64,000 nucleotides of DNA from Ascidiella aspersa (Eukaryota), in contig OZ004613.1 of NCBI GenBank assembly GCA_963924565.1, forward strand, positions 6,696,001 to 6,760,000, in the 5' to 3' direction. Positions 1-12,165 of the stretch are shown here, piece after piece (positions within the stretch are counted from its first letter, which is position 1; each line of letters begins with the position of its first letter). The translations under genes and the position numbers were made by a program. Below the pieces are notes generated by a model, which was not told the DNA's origin, searched no databases, and worked only from the letters and a program-made list of their open reading frames with translations.

Positions 1-697
1 CCTTCCATTCATAGGTCGTCTAAAATACACTGATTGTGTTCTTTTATAAACCTTTAATAACAACTCAGACACGGTCTACTTTTATTTGTTAATTGTATTA
101 ATACCGAAAAACCCTGTTGTATGTAAATGAGGATGTACGATAGTATATAGTAATGTCCTTTATTATTTAATCGTAATGCTATATTCCAGGTGGTGGCATT
201 ATCTTTCAAAAAGGGTGAAACCGTTGGTAATTCTATTTTATGCTGATATATTCATTTTAACTAGGTTTTTTGACCGATCTCCCTCAGCCTTTCACTTTAA
301 AAGATAGCTTTCTCCAAGCTAAAATTTAACATTCTAAAGATTCTTAGCTTACTAACCCTAAGCTACAATTGGACAAAATCACCTAAAACGTTACTCTTGC
401 AAGTTTAAATTTTGTTGGCTTTGCTTATAAATTCGACCATGGTAAAAACGCCATTTGGTACCGAATCGGACTACCGTGCATTTTTGCCTAACTATTTTGA
501 GTTTTCCTTATCAAAGTTCACAATCAAACCGCATTAAGGGCATAATTTCATGTTACAATCAAACACTTAGAAGATAAAGCAGCGTAATAATTCTACAAAT
601 CAATTAGCAGGTTTTGGTATTTACAACACAAAACATAAAATACAACGCAGTCTTAGAAGGACAGCGAAAGTTTTATTTTGCCAAACATCCTTCAAGC

Positions 698-1465
698 CTA
701 ATAACCGCCAGTTACACAAAGTTCTGCCCCATTGACGTAAGGGCTTTCATCGCTTGCCAGGAACAAACAAGCATTAGCAACTTCGACAGGCCTTCCACAG
801 CGACCCAATGGAACAATTTTCTTAAAACCATCAATGGTCTTACTGTCAGCCAAGTGAAGCATAGGCGTTTCGATTGCGCCTGGTAAGACAACATTGCACC
901 TGACACCGAACCTTCCCACCTCAATGCACGTCGCTTTTGTGAAAGCAATTATCCCGGCTTTAGAAGCAGCGTACGACGAACAATTTCCCATTCCCTTGAC
1001 TCCCATAATGCTGGCGACGTTAACTACACTTGCTTCTGACACATCCTTGTTTTCGCCAAGCTCAAGTCGCAAAAGAAACTCCTTTGTAAAATTAAAAACG
1101 CCAATCAGGTTGACGTCCAATACGTGACTGAATGAAGCCAGGGTTGTTTCGACGATCGGAGACATGTGTATAACACCGGCATTGTTTACCAGGACATTGC
1201 AATCCTGTCCAAATTGGTTACTAACAGCAGTAAAAGCCTCAGACGCTGAATTCTCTTTGGCCACGTCGCATTGAATCATCGCCACTTTGCTTCGATATTT
1301 AGCACTAAACTTTTCGTAGGCATATTTAAGAGTTTCTTGGTTGTAATCCACCATCATGACTTTGGCACCTTCGGCCAAAAAGCGTTCGCAAATAGCTTCC
1401 CCGATGCCCCCTGCTGCTCCAGTGACAATGGCCACTTTACCGTTTAACCTACCAACTTGCGCCAT
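698..1465 (-). CDS. HSD17B8-like: Classical SDR, HSD17B8/FabG-like (SDR-1), 255 aa, intronless, NAD-type (Asp40)
   Basis: [12 protein letters not shown], catalytic N-S-YAASK, RCN..PG and LFLASDES motifs. The true ATG (MAQVGR) is at 1465; the ORF track starts at an upstream non-ATG codon. Confidence 0.9.
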   Translation of the reverse strand: MAQVGRLNGKVAIVTGAAGGIGEAICERFLAEGAKVMMVDYNQETLKYAYEKFSAKYRSKVAMIQCDVAKENSASEAFTAVSNQFGQDCNVLVNNAGVIHMSPIVETTLASFSHVLDVNLIGVFNFTKEFLLRLELGENKDVSEASVVNVASIMGVKGMGNCSSYAASKAGIIAFTKATCIEVGRFGVRCNVVLPGAIETPMLHLADSKTIDGFKKIVPLGRCGRPVEVANACLFLASDESPYVNGAELCVTGGY

Positions 1466-2350
1466 TTTGAAACACAAAGGTTATTCACAAAACAAATATT
1501 ATAACACGATGTGCACTGTGCAGTTATATAGAAAACAGAAAGCATTTTTTTCTAAATTGTAAGGAAAATAAACTATACTAAAATACCTTGGCCTGGCTAA
1601 AAGCTTCCTTCAATGCTTTTAGTCCTATCTTTCTGCACTGTGATATTTAGTTGCGCAACCGACCACATTTTATATTTCCTTCCATTCATAGGTCGTCTAA
1701 ATCGCCAATTTTGTTGTTTTATAAACGTTTAATAACAACTCGGACACGGTCTTATTTTATTTGTTAATTGTATTAATACCGAAAACCCTGGTGTATGTAA
1801 AAGAGGATGTCGATAGTATAGAGTAATGTCCTTTAGTATTTAATCTCAAGGCGTATGTTATATGCCAGGTGGTGGTATTATCTTTCGAAAAAAGGATGGT
1901 ACAGCCGCATGCTGGTATTTTCATTTGATTAGGTTTTCTAACCCAACTCGGATTTTTCACTTTAAAAGATAGATTTCTCCAAGCTAAAAAGTTAGTATTC
2001 TAAGGATTCTAAGATTACTAAACCTAAGGCACAGTTGGCAAAACAACTTTAAAACGTTACTCTTGCATGTTTCAATTTATTGGCTTTGCTTACAAATTCG
2101 ACTGTGGTAATAACGACATTTGGTACCGAATCTGACTACCGCAATTTTTTGCCTAAATATTTTGAGTTTGCATTGAAAAAGGTAGCAACAAACCATATTA
2201 AGGGCATAATTTCATGTTACATTCAAATATTAAGATACGATATTGCAGCATAATAATTCTACAAAACAATTATTAGCGGTTTATTGTATTCACAATACAA
2301 AACATAAATCACAACGCAGTCTTAGAAGGACAGCGAAATTTTTTTCAAGC

Positions 2351-3118
2351 CTAATAACCGCCAGTTACACAAAGTTCTGCCCCATTAACGTAAGAGCTTT
2401 CATCGCTTGCCATGAACAAACAAGCATTAGCAACTTCGACAGGCCTTCCACAGCGACCTAGTGGAACCATTTGCTTAAAACCTTCAATGGTTTTACTGTC
2501 AACCAATTGAAGCATAGGCGTTTCGATTGGGCCCGGCATTACAGCATTGCACCTGACACCAAACCTTCCCACCTCAATGCACGTCGTCTTTGTGAAAACA
2601 ATCACTCCGGCTTTAGAAGCAGCGTAAGCAGCGCAATTTTCCATTCCCTTGACTCCCATAACGCTGGCTACGTTGACGATACTTGCCGTGCTGACATCAT
2701 TGCTTTTTCCCAGTTCAAGTCGCAAAAGAAACTCCTTTGTAAAATTGAAGACCCCAGTTAGGTTGACGTCCAATACTTGGTTAAAAGAAGCCGTGGTTGT
2801 TTCGACGATCGGAGAGACAGGCATTACAGCGGCATTATTGACCAGAATATCGCAATTCTGTCCAAATTGGTTCTTTGCAGCAACAATAACCTCAGACGCT
2901 GAATTCTGTTTGGCGACGTCGCACTGAATCATCGCTACTTTGCTATGATATTTAGCGCTAAACTTTTCGTAGACATTTTTGAGATTTTCTTCACTCCAGT
3001 CCACCATCATAACTTTGGCACCTTCGGCCAGAAAGCGTTCGCAAATAGCTTCCCCGATGCCCCCTGCGGCTCCAGTGACAATCGCCACTTTACCGTTCAA
3101 CCTACCAACTTGCGACAT
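2351..3118 (-). CDS. HSD17B8-like: Classical SDR, HSD17B8/FabG-like (SDR-2), 255 aa, NAD-type (Asp40)
   Basis: Complete motif set; ATG (MSQVGR) at 3118; closest paralog of SDR-1. Confidence 0.9.
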   Translation of the reverse strand: MSQVGRLNGKVAIVTGAAGGIGEAICERFLAEGAKVMMVDWSEENLKNVYEKFSAKYHSKVAMIQCDVAKQNSASEVIVAAKNQFGQNCDILVNNAAVMPVSPIVETTTASFNQVLDVNLTGVFNFTKEFLLRLELGKSNDVSTASIVNVASVMGVKGMENCAAYAASKAGVIVFTKTTCIEVGRFGVRCNAVMPGPIETPMLQLVDSKTIEGFKQMVPLGRCGRPVEVANACLFMASDESSYVNGAELCVTGGY

Positions 3119-4613
3119 TTTAAAAACGTGAAACACAAAACCTTAATCACAAAAGAAATATCAAAACACAACATTCAATTATTTAGAGAGCCAAAAGCAA
3201 CATCATTATTTCTAAATTTTGAGGTAATGAACTACACTTTAATGTCTTGGCTTGTCTAGCAGCTTCCTTAAACGCTTTTAGTCCAAACATTATAATATTT
3301 TTTTTTGCAGACTGCAATGTTGCATGTTTTATGTTAATTGTATCTGTTAAATGACACACTATTAAGCTAAACACCCTGATTTATGTAAAACATGATTTGC
3401 AATGCATTAATAGCGTAAAATCAAGATGCACACCAGAGCATACAAAACATTCTGATGCCCTTTCTGCCATGACTTAAAAATGAACCCATTGAATGAAGTA
3501 CACTGCACATATTGCAGAGTGTATTTGACCTTCGCAAGTTTGCATCGGCACCACTATTGACGCGATACGTGGAAAGCAAAAGTAAAAGCGCTAAACGAGC
3601 GCTGCTAAAAAAATATTGGCCACAAGGTTTTTTCATTTAGCTACATATCTACAATACTTCAATTTTGGTTGTTTTTACAAATGCTATTTCCTTTTAAACA
3701 TTGTAGCTTATTTTGCAACACATTTGTCAATAAGCCTCTCTGCATGGGCGACCATTTACTAAGCAACTGTTAAAAAGCGGTACAAAACCAAACAATACCG
3801 ATTGATTTCGTTACAGCGAATTGGGTTTTTTTTTGGATGTTATAGAATTGATCGCTTAACTTTGGGGGCGTTAAGAAGTAAGAAATCATGACCCAATTTA
3901 GTATTTTTTTGTCAGTCGTACTTTTAAGGTCCAAGCCACCATAAAAGCTTCGATCAGCTAAATTAAAAAAATAAAAATCTTAACGACCCTAATGAGCGTG
4001 TTGGCTGACTATACATGACATATTTTACACGCGTCAAGAAAAAATGGCGGAAAGCAGTGAAGTTTAATCCATGCTAATCGTGAACTCTCAGGCACCAACT
4101 ATCTGATTTTTTGTGATTCAATATTAATTTAGGGCGATTTATCTAATTTTGTAATCACATCTCCTAAGGAAACTCTATATGCAGTTTTTCCGGCTAGTAG
4201 AAAGTGGCGTTTGATTAGCGAAGATTGTAAAAGTCTGTCTATGCTGGATCAGCAGAATGCAAAGCCCATCGAAAGTGGTAAAAGTTTTAAAACAGCTATG
4301 CCCTATAAAGTTCTGGCAACGCCGAGTTTTTCGTCTGTCATGCAATGAACATGTGATGTTGAACTTTGGCGGTTTCAATGCTGTTGGTAATCATTAACAT
4401 ACGGCTACCGAATTGGGAGTGAACTATGAGGCCATATGACGTATGGAATATGTGCAATGAGTCAGCCGTTCGCCATTACAAGGCTTGGGAGTATAGGACA
4501 TTGATGATTGATTCCCGTGTAAAGATGAGATCTAAAACATACACTTGGCTATTAAAAACGCGCTGTGTGTTGGGAAACTTAGGAGTCAGGACTTGATTAT
4601 GAATGATTTAACA

Positions 4614-4903
4614 CAGTGGTTGTCAAACTTTTTGGCTTGCGGCACACTATAAAAATCTTTAATATTTCGCGCCACACTTTAAACAGAACAACAATAAAAT
4701 GATTTTAGAATCGACATTTACACAAGCCAAACTATATGTAAATGTCTCAATATTATTAACTTCTAATAATTTGTGTGTTAAGTCTAAAATATTTGTGTGT
4801 ATGCCTATTGGTAATCGCGTAATAATACCCTTTTTTCCAAAATTGCAAAAATTTTCACGGCACACTTGACGATTCTTTGAGGCACACAGTTTGGGAATCA
4901 CTA
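4614..4903. mobile_element. Degenerate non-autonomous hAT-type MITE
   Basis: Ends cagtggttgtcaaact / agtttgggaatcacta, internal (g)cggcacac motifs; flanks atttaaca/atttggta match only partly. Confidence 0.5.
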
Positions 4904-5208
4904 ATTTGGTATGTGTCAACATGTAGCCTCGCTATGTCTTACACTAGACAATCACGATTCTGCTTGTCATGCATTTGCTTTACACATGTCATTCGAGGTT
5001 TTGCCCTGCTACGAACCACAGCAATGAATTCGCGCTCTGTTTGGTAAAATTTCGCTCTATTTACAGTTATCTTAAATGTTTATTTAGGGACAGCTTTGGT
5101 TCTTTCAAAATTATAAGTCGAACTTAAACTGACGGTGTGTTGATAGATTTTTAGCAAAGTCTTAGTTCGTTTTTTTTTTACGACAAGTTTCTGTATTTCA
5201 GATCTAAA

Positions 5209-5961
5209 ATGGCGTTACAGGGTAAATTAGCGATTGTCCATGGAGCCGCAGGGGGCATCGGGAAAGCTACTTGCGAACGCTTTCTGGCCGAAGGCGCAAA
5301 AGTTATGTTGGTGGATTTGAATCCGAAAAGTCTCAAAGATACCTACGAGAAATTGAGTGCAAAACATCAAGGTAAAGTGGCGATGTTTGAATGCGACATA
5401 ACCGTAGAAAATTCGGCTTCCGAAGCTTTTTCAAGTGCGCAGTCCCAGTTAGGACAGAAATGCAGCATTCTGGTCAACTGCGCTGGTATGTTTGACTTCG
5501 ATCACAGAAACAACCCTGGCTTTATTCAATGAAGTAGTGGCCGTCAACCTGAATGCCATCTTCCTTTTCACGAAGGAGTTCCTTCGGCGCCTTGAGCTTG
5601 GAGAGAACAACAACGGAGATGGAGCAAGTATCATAAACCTCGCAAGTATAGCGGCAAAGGATTCAAATATAACGCAAGCTACGCCCCTGCTAAAGCCGGG
5701 GTGATCGCTTTCACGAAGACGACGCACATGGAGGTGGGAAAGTACGGTGTCAGGTGCAATGCTCTTGCGCCCGGTTTGATTTACACCACGATTCTACGCA
5801 ATGTAGACGAGGATTTGCTTGAATAATTAAAGAAAATGGTTCTGATAGGGCGTAAGGGAAAACCCGCCGAAGTTGCTAATGCTTGTTTGTTCCTGGCAAG
5901 CGATGAAAGCTCTTACTTTAATGGAGCTGTACTTCAAATATCTGGTGGTTTACCCGCGTGA
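5209..5961 (+). pseudogene. SDR pseudogene (SDR-3p), full length, Asp40 type
   Basis: Homology moves from frame 1 to frame 2 (~5491) and back to frame 1 (~5658). In-frame TAA at 5824-5826, YAPAK variant motif, normal end SGGLPA-TGA at 5961. Confidence 0.9.
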
Positions 5962-6512
5962 ATGTTTCGTTGATCTAAAGCAGTTTTTGTTGATTAAATC
6001 AGTCGCTACCACCATAATTGTATCGTTGTAATTATACCTCGCTCAGCAATACTGCTGGTCAATTATGCTGTGTTTAAATACTTCCGTTCACTTAACTAAC
6101 CATTTATCTACAATAATGTTTATTAATGGAAATTTATCTGTGCTCGGCCCCCTGTTCGTTTGGTAATATAAACAACAGTTACAAATAATAAAGCGTTTTG
6201 GTTGAAGTGGTGACCCTTTTTGGTATACAATAGGCACCATATTTTAAGCCAAGACAAGCCATTGAAAAAACAACATTCAAGTTTAATTCTATTGACTTAA
6301 TTCATTACAATACTACCATATCCATGCTTAAGGAGCAAAACGCACAATGTCAGAAACAGCTTAGTTTGAGATTGTGTGATAATCCTACGTTACATTGGTG
6401 TGTAGTTTTAAATGACGAACAGCAAAAAGCTAGAACACGATGACAATTGCGCATAGATTTTTCTGATATATATATATTTAGGCTTTAAAAGTAATACTTT
6501 TTGTGATCACAA

Positions 6513-6914
6513 CAGGGCTGCGGAGTCGGTTAAAAATACCCAGAGTCGGACTCCCGAGTCCTACTCCGGCCAAAACAATAAATCCGAGTCCGTATCCCGA
6601 GTCCCGAGTCCGACTCCGGTCAAATGTGGGATTTTTTAGAGTCCCAAGTCCGACTCTGAATTTACAGCATGTATTGCGCCAATCTTGGCGAATATTCAGC
6701 CATCCACTTATAGGGGTATCGTATATTTCATTCACTCACAATACAAGGTTGGAAAATGTTCCACCATATGCTATTCCACGTTTACAATTTCCAGTTGGCG
6801 GTCATATCAGTCTTGGAACTTGGTACTTCGCATGCGCATGTCGGACTCGGGACTCGGGTTGTTTTACGTGGTCTTACTCGAGTCCCAAGTTTGGACTCCG
6901 ACTCCACAGCTCTG
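6513..6914. mobile_element. Non-autonomous TIR element (cagggctgcggagtcgg family)
   Basis: TIR cagggctgcggagtcgg / ccgactccacagctctg with gagtcc/gactcc subterminal repeats. Same family as 62489-63611; absent from the paralogous region at ~18950. Confidence 0.8.
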
Positions 6915-7937
6915 GTTTACACCCGTCATGCCACTTTACAGGACTTACATCTTAGCTGACTGAAAGGTACAAAAACTCTTCGTAACGATATCAAAGCCCA
7001 TACATAAGTAGGCATCATTTTGAATGTTTCGCATAACTCTGTATTCATTTTTAACATCTCCACGATCTGAAACTAGTTTTAGTGCTATATAAAAACGTAC
7101 TTGCAAAATCGTCAAAGTGCTTTGTTAGACTTCCTTTAAGAATTAAGTTCAAACAGCGGCGATGGTTGTTTTTCAGCTGCTTATTAATGGCTCGGGCGGA
7201 TATGTAACTAAAAATTACGACTTTTTTTTTTTTTGGTTTAAACAGATGATTTTAGCTTATTGAAATCCTTAATGTCTTTAACAGAGTATACCTTTTGTCG
7301 AAATGAAACTTTATCTATCAAAAGATTTGTGGCAACTTAATAGTCAAAACTACAATGAGATGCAAGGGCAGTGACGTTTTGACATGATAATTACCTCGCA
7401 AACCGTTTAAGTTTTGACGTAATACCGTTCACGACTTCGTTTGATGACAGTTATCCAAATACATAATGACGCCGCACGAACTAATAAGTTTAAGTGCAGC
7501 TGCAGAAAGCAACGCACCATTCAGCAGATATTGAATTACAGCCTGATATGCGCTAACAAAAGTATAGCAGCAACAGTTACAGCAATAACAGCTGCAGCAG
7601 TGGTGCGATCAGGTATGACTAAAGTTCTGTTAAGTTATGAAATCTAGTCAAAAGCCGATTTTACAGCAAACACGATTTCTGTTAAGGGCTTCTTCGGAAC
7701 TTTGTTGCAAGAAGAGTCAAATATCACAGAAACAGTTAATTCCGAGCATAAATATTTAAGGTTTAGTTTAGAACTGAATACGATAAGGAGACTTGGAGTG
7801 AAATTATTAAAAAAAAGCGGCAACGTTATAAACATTACTTTAAGTGCCAAGACAAATTAACCGTTCTTGGAAAAACACAACCCGTAAAATGATGTATTAA
7901 AAACACCGAGCTAAATATCAATGAAGTTTGCCTAGCA

Positions 7938-8265
7938 CAGGGGTTCTTAAACTGGGGTCCATGGACCCCTTGGGGGTACGTGAACCAGTTAAAGGGGGTC
8001 CACGAAGGCCTAATTGAACTATTAGTGTATATTCAAGCAATCTATTTTTCAAAAAAAAGAGTAGGCTAAAGTTAAAAAAAAAACGTTTTTGCACTGAATA
8101 TACTTTAAGTCTATTTCATTTCTCATTTTTCGGACCGAAAACAGCAAATTTCTGAAGTATGTTTGTATTATGACGTCATCACTAAAAAATTCTTGCCTTT
8201 GCTGGTCCGTGCGAAGCAAAAAAGTTTTTTAGGGGTCCGCAGTAAAAAAAGTTTAAGAACCCCTG
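7938..8265. mobile_element. hAT (Buster-type) MITE
   Basis: Perfect 16-bp TIR caggggttcttaaact; perfect 8-bp TSD gccTAgca (7930-7937, 8266-8273); empty sites in paralogous promoters at ~13170 and ~17050. Confidence 0.92.
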
Positions 8266-8688
8266 GCCTAGCAGGAACATCACCGTTTTGCAATATAGAC
8301 ATCTCTTTAAACGCTTGGTTAAAAGACAATACTTTAAACTTAACTCACTCGTCCATGACATTCAAGGGCGTCAGCAGGTTTTGCTCTATTGGCCGTGGTT
8401 TTGAAAGTACACAAGGCAGGCCTAAGCGCAACACAAGCAGTTACACTGTAAAGGTTTTTCGTCAATACGCTTTAGGATTGCAGGATTTTAAAGAAAGGTT
8501 TAAAATGTCGCAGGTTATTTCGGATAATTCATTTACTTATAACTAACGAGGGTCTCAGCACTTAATGTTTGATGTGAAGCGGTACTTAAACTGCAGTAAC
8601 ATATTATATATATAGACATAATGAAAAGGCACTTATATCGATTGTCATTATTTTGTATACAACACCTGTTTCTTGATTTAGGTTCAAA

Positions 8689-9462
8689 ATGGCGCAAGTT
8701 GGTCGGTTAGACGGTAAAGTGGCGATTGTTACTGGAGCCGCAGGGGGCATCGGGGAAGCTATTTGCGAACGTTTTCTGGCCGAAGGTTGCAAAGTTATGA
8801 TGGTGGGTCGCAATTATGAAAACCTGAAATCTGTCTACGATAAACTCAATGTTAAATATAAAAACCACGTGGCGATGATTCAATGCGATGTATCAGAAGA
8901 GAATTCGGCGTCACAGGTATTTGCAGCTGCTAGCAACCAATTTGGTGAGAATTGCAATGTTCTGGTAAACAATGCCGGTGTTGTACACGTTTCTCCGATC
9001 GTCGAAACAACACTGGCTTCATTCAATCAGGTATTGGACGTCAACCTGATTGGCGTCTTCAATTTTACAAAGGAGTTTCTTCAGCGACTTGAGCTGGGAA
9101 AGAACAAAGATGACCGCAGGGAAAGTATCGTCAACATTTCCAGTGTATTTGGAAGATATGGTTCACATGGTTTCTCCTCTTACGCTGCTTCTAAAGCTGG
9201 AGTTACTGCTTTTACAAAGACGACGTGTCTTGAGGTTGGCAGGTTTGGAGTAAGGTGCAATGCTGTATCGCCATCTACAACCGATACCCCAATGCTGAAT
9301 ATTCTTGACAGCGAAGCACTTGACGCCATCCAAGCAATGATTCCGATGGGTCGCCTTGGAAAGCCGATCGAAGTTGCTAATGCTTGTTTGTTCCTGGCAA
9401 GCGATGAAAGCTCTTACATCAATGGAGCGATCTTAGAAATATCTGGTGGTTTTATGGCGTAA
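8689..9462 (+). CDS. HSD17B8-like: Classical SDR, HSD17B8/FabG-like (SDR-4), 257 aa, NADP-type (Gly40-Arg41)
   Basis: Intact ORF with all motifs; preceded by acceptor-like tcttgatttag|gttcaaaATG. Confidence 0.92.
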   Translation: MAQVGRLDGKVAIVTGAAGGIGEAICERFLAEGCKVMMVGRNYENLKSVYDKLNVKYKNHVAMIQCDVSEENSASQVFAAASNQFGENCNVLVNNAGVVHVSPIVETTLASFNQVLDVNLIGVFNFTKEFLQRLELGKNKDDRRESIVNISSVFGRYGSHGFSSYAASKAGVTAFTKTTCLEVGRFGVRCNAVSPSTTDTPMLNILDSEALDAIQAMIPMGRLGKPIEVANACLFLASDESSYINGAILEISGGFMA

Positions 9463-9911
9463 AACTCCGAAAGAAGTGCCAAGACTTTCGTGAACCTTAT
9501 ACTTCCTATATCATCACACACTAACAATTACTCAGTTATATACTGATGTAAAACATTATTTTAACATTGATTATGCAAGACAAATTCATAACGATAGAAA
9601 ATTAACGTAGTCGTGAAAGATACACACATAGCCCCTCTGGCGTAGCTTTTTGACCAACGATAACGCCTATGCTCTATATGTCTTGGTTTGCTTGCGTCAT
9701 TGATCGACTGATTCGGTTATTCTCGGATGGTTTTCGATGTTTATGTAAAAGGTTTCACTGTATAGCGTAAATGATTTAACTTGCATTTTTCAGGTAAAAT
9801 GTTAAGTATAATAATAACACAATGAACGCGCAGCAAAGCAATTCGAGTCAACGTATGTAATTATCAAAGTGAAAGTGTTAAACTTTTTACAAATATTTTG
9901 CTATGTGGTTA

Positions 9912-12165
9912 TCTAATATATAAAATGGAAAAGTTTGTGGGTCAGCATATTGTTCGCGTTTTAGGGAAACAGACAGAGAAACGTATGGCTCATATTGCTC
10001 CTCTTAAGCGAGTCGCCGAGCAAGTGAATAAAATAGTAAGAAAGTCGTGTGCTCCCAGACAGAAAAAAATTGGTTTCTTTCTATGAGAGAAAGTCGCGCA
10101 TCTCAAGCGAGCGCCGTCGCAAACCGGTCACGGGTGAGCAATTTTTAGGCCATTTCAAAAACATCACACAACATTCGTTGCATGTTAACTCAAAAGGGCG
10201 GGCGTGCGACTTGCAAAACCTTGTAACGAAACGGGTTAAACCTTTTCACACATTTACAAAGCAATAACCTGCGTGAAGTACATTGCCTTGGTAAAAATAA
10301 AGTTTCATGTGGCAAAGTTTATATCGCATTTATTGTAGCGGTTTAAACTCCAAGCAAATTTACTTTTCAAACAGGATTTTCTTTCGTTAGATGCAGTATG
10401 GGTTTTACGTATTTGCTTGAATTTCGCCAATTTGAATAATTGCTGCTACGACTTTCTAGTGATTTTCGATCGATATATGTCACGCCTTGTCACGGGTTTT
10501 CGTTAGGTAAAATATGCGAGACGTGCTTAGCCAAGGTTGTGTGTTTAGAAGCTCCATATAAAAAAACACACACGTTGCAATTTGTTTGTTGTTAAATACC
10601 CCAATTTTTTTTAATTATCGGCTATAATATACGGCTTCAGCAAGCTTATACAATGCTGGTAACACGTGAATTAATGATTTTTTTGTGACCTATTTCAGAT
10701 ACAAAACTGTTTTTTAGGTTATACGTTAATTTTTTAAATATACACTGTTTAAACCAAATGAACAATTTACTGGAAATTTACGGCAACATAAAATTAGATC
10801 TTTAAAGCCACCCACATATGTCACATAGTTAAACACGCCATTCCGCTTTCACATTAATGCCGCTTTTACACAGGCTGTGGGGACTGTGGGGTGTTACTCT
10901 GATTGTGGGGAAGCATTAGGTTAACCGATTTTAGACACACGATATGACATGATTTGAAATTTATATTTAGTGACACGCAGTGCAAACGTTTAGACGCACG
11001 CAAATTTGTTATGACTTCTAAATAACTATGTCTGCATTATTTATAACCCTTACGAAGATATTACGATATCTGTTAAATTTTTGTGTATATACTGATTGCC
11101 ACATTTATCTTCCATCCTCCTAACGTAAACGTGCAAAACTTTTTTTCAAGCGCAATTACCTGCGTGGACATAAAAATCAAGTTAAGTGTATTGGCTTATA
11201 AAAAGAAATTGTGATGTTTCGAACTTAAGACTTTTATGTTTAAGAACTCCTTGAAGTATCAAAAATCCGCGCAAAATTAGGTATATAGAGTTAAAATATC
11301 GCAGTTATTACGGCTGTTTTAATTGTAACCGTTTTTCAGTTTAAACAACATTTTACTTACGTTGGACTCAGCATACCGGGATTACGTATTTGCTTGAATA
11401 CCACACAATGCGAACAATGGCTGCTACAACTTAAGTTTTCTTTACCTGAAAGATATTTGACGTGCTTAGCAGTTGGGTATTCAGTTGTTCCAAGTAAAAA
11501 CAATAAAGTTTAGGTTTGTTAATGATTTCCGATCGATATACATATCACGAAATGTCGTTAAATTGAAGCCGATTAGGTTAGCGCTTATTTACTAAAGCAT
11601 CCCGAAAATGATGTGGCGCCGGCAGTTTTGCTTATTACAAATATTAATCCCGCTATGCGATTCTTTGTAAATTTTTAAAACAGTTCGTTAATCGTGCTTG
11701 ATTTTTGTAAAATACAGTTTGTCGGATTATACTAAGTTCCAAAGTAAGGTTGATCGCTGTTCGGTAACAACCGTAAAACTAAAGACAGTTATGTTTGTTA
11801 AATGCATTCAGTTTGTATAGAAGCGCAGCTGAACTATGGGCTTTATATTGCCGTACAGTTTAAACACTGCGACAGAACCTCTGTTTAAAAAAAAGTACTT
11901 TCAAACTATACCGTTTTTTCGTAATTGCTGCTGTTTTGCTAAAGTTGCGAGATTGGTTAGACCTAATACTGTTGCTGCTTTCATAAGGGCCGCATCCTAC
12001 TTTAATTGTGAGAAAGTATTTACTCGACCCAGCCCTCTTTAACCACACAAAATCCGGGCATTGCCCGAATGCACATGATATATAGCGCTTATTGCAAACG
12101 GCTGCATATTATTTTTTTAAGCAAATACCCTATTTAACCTGGGCAACGCCGGGTATTTCGTCTAG
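9912..12165 (+). mobile_element. Non-autonomous Helitron (~2.25 kb)
   Basis: 5' A|TCtaatatataaaatgg; 3' GC hairpin cctgggcaacgccggg followed by CTAG|T; no TSD. Internal diverged repeat (~10265-10455 vs ~11155-11430); the 5' ~120 bp recur at 59369. Confidence 0.8.

Larger units (their letters stand above)
1..3130. repeat. Tandem duplication, period ~1.66-1.68 kb, carrying SDR-1 and SDR-2 with their 3' flanks
   Basis: ccttccattcataggtcgtctaaa occurs at 1 and 1678; the flanks and CDS are colinear. Confidence 0.9.

Noticed and set aside
6478-6963. ORFs of 67-150 aa in this interval (also 63407-63652, 8163-8546, 24676-24966 and 21092-21292)
   Set aside because: They lie in MITE subterminal repeats or low-complexity tracts and have no coding features.
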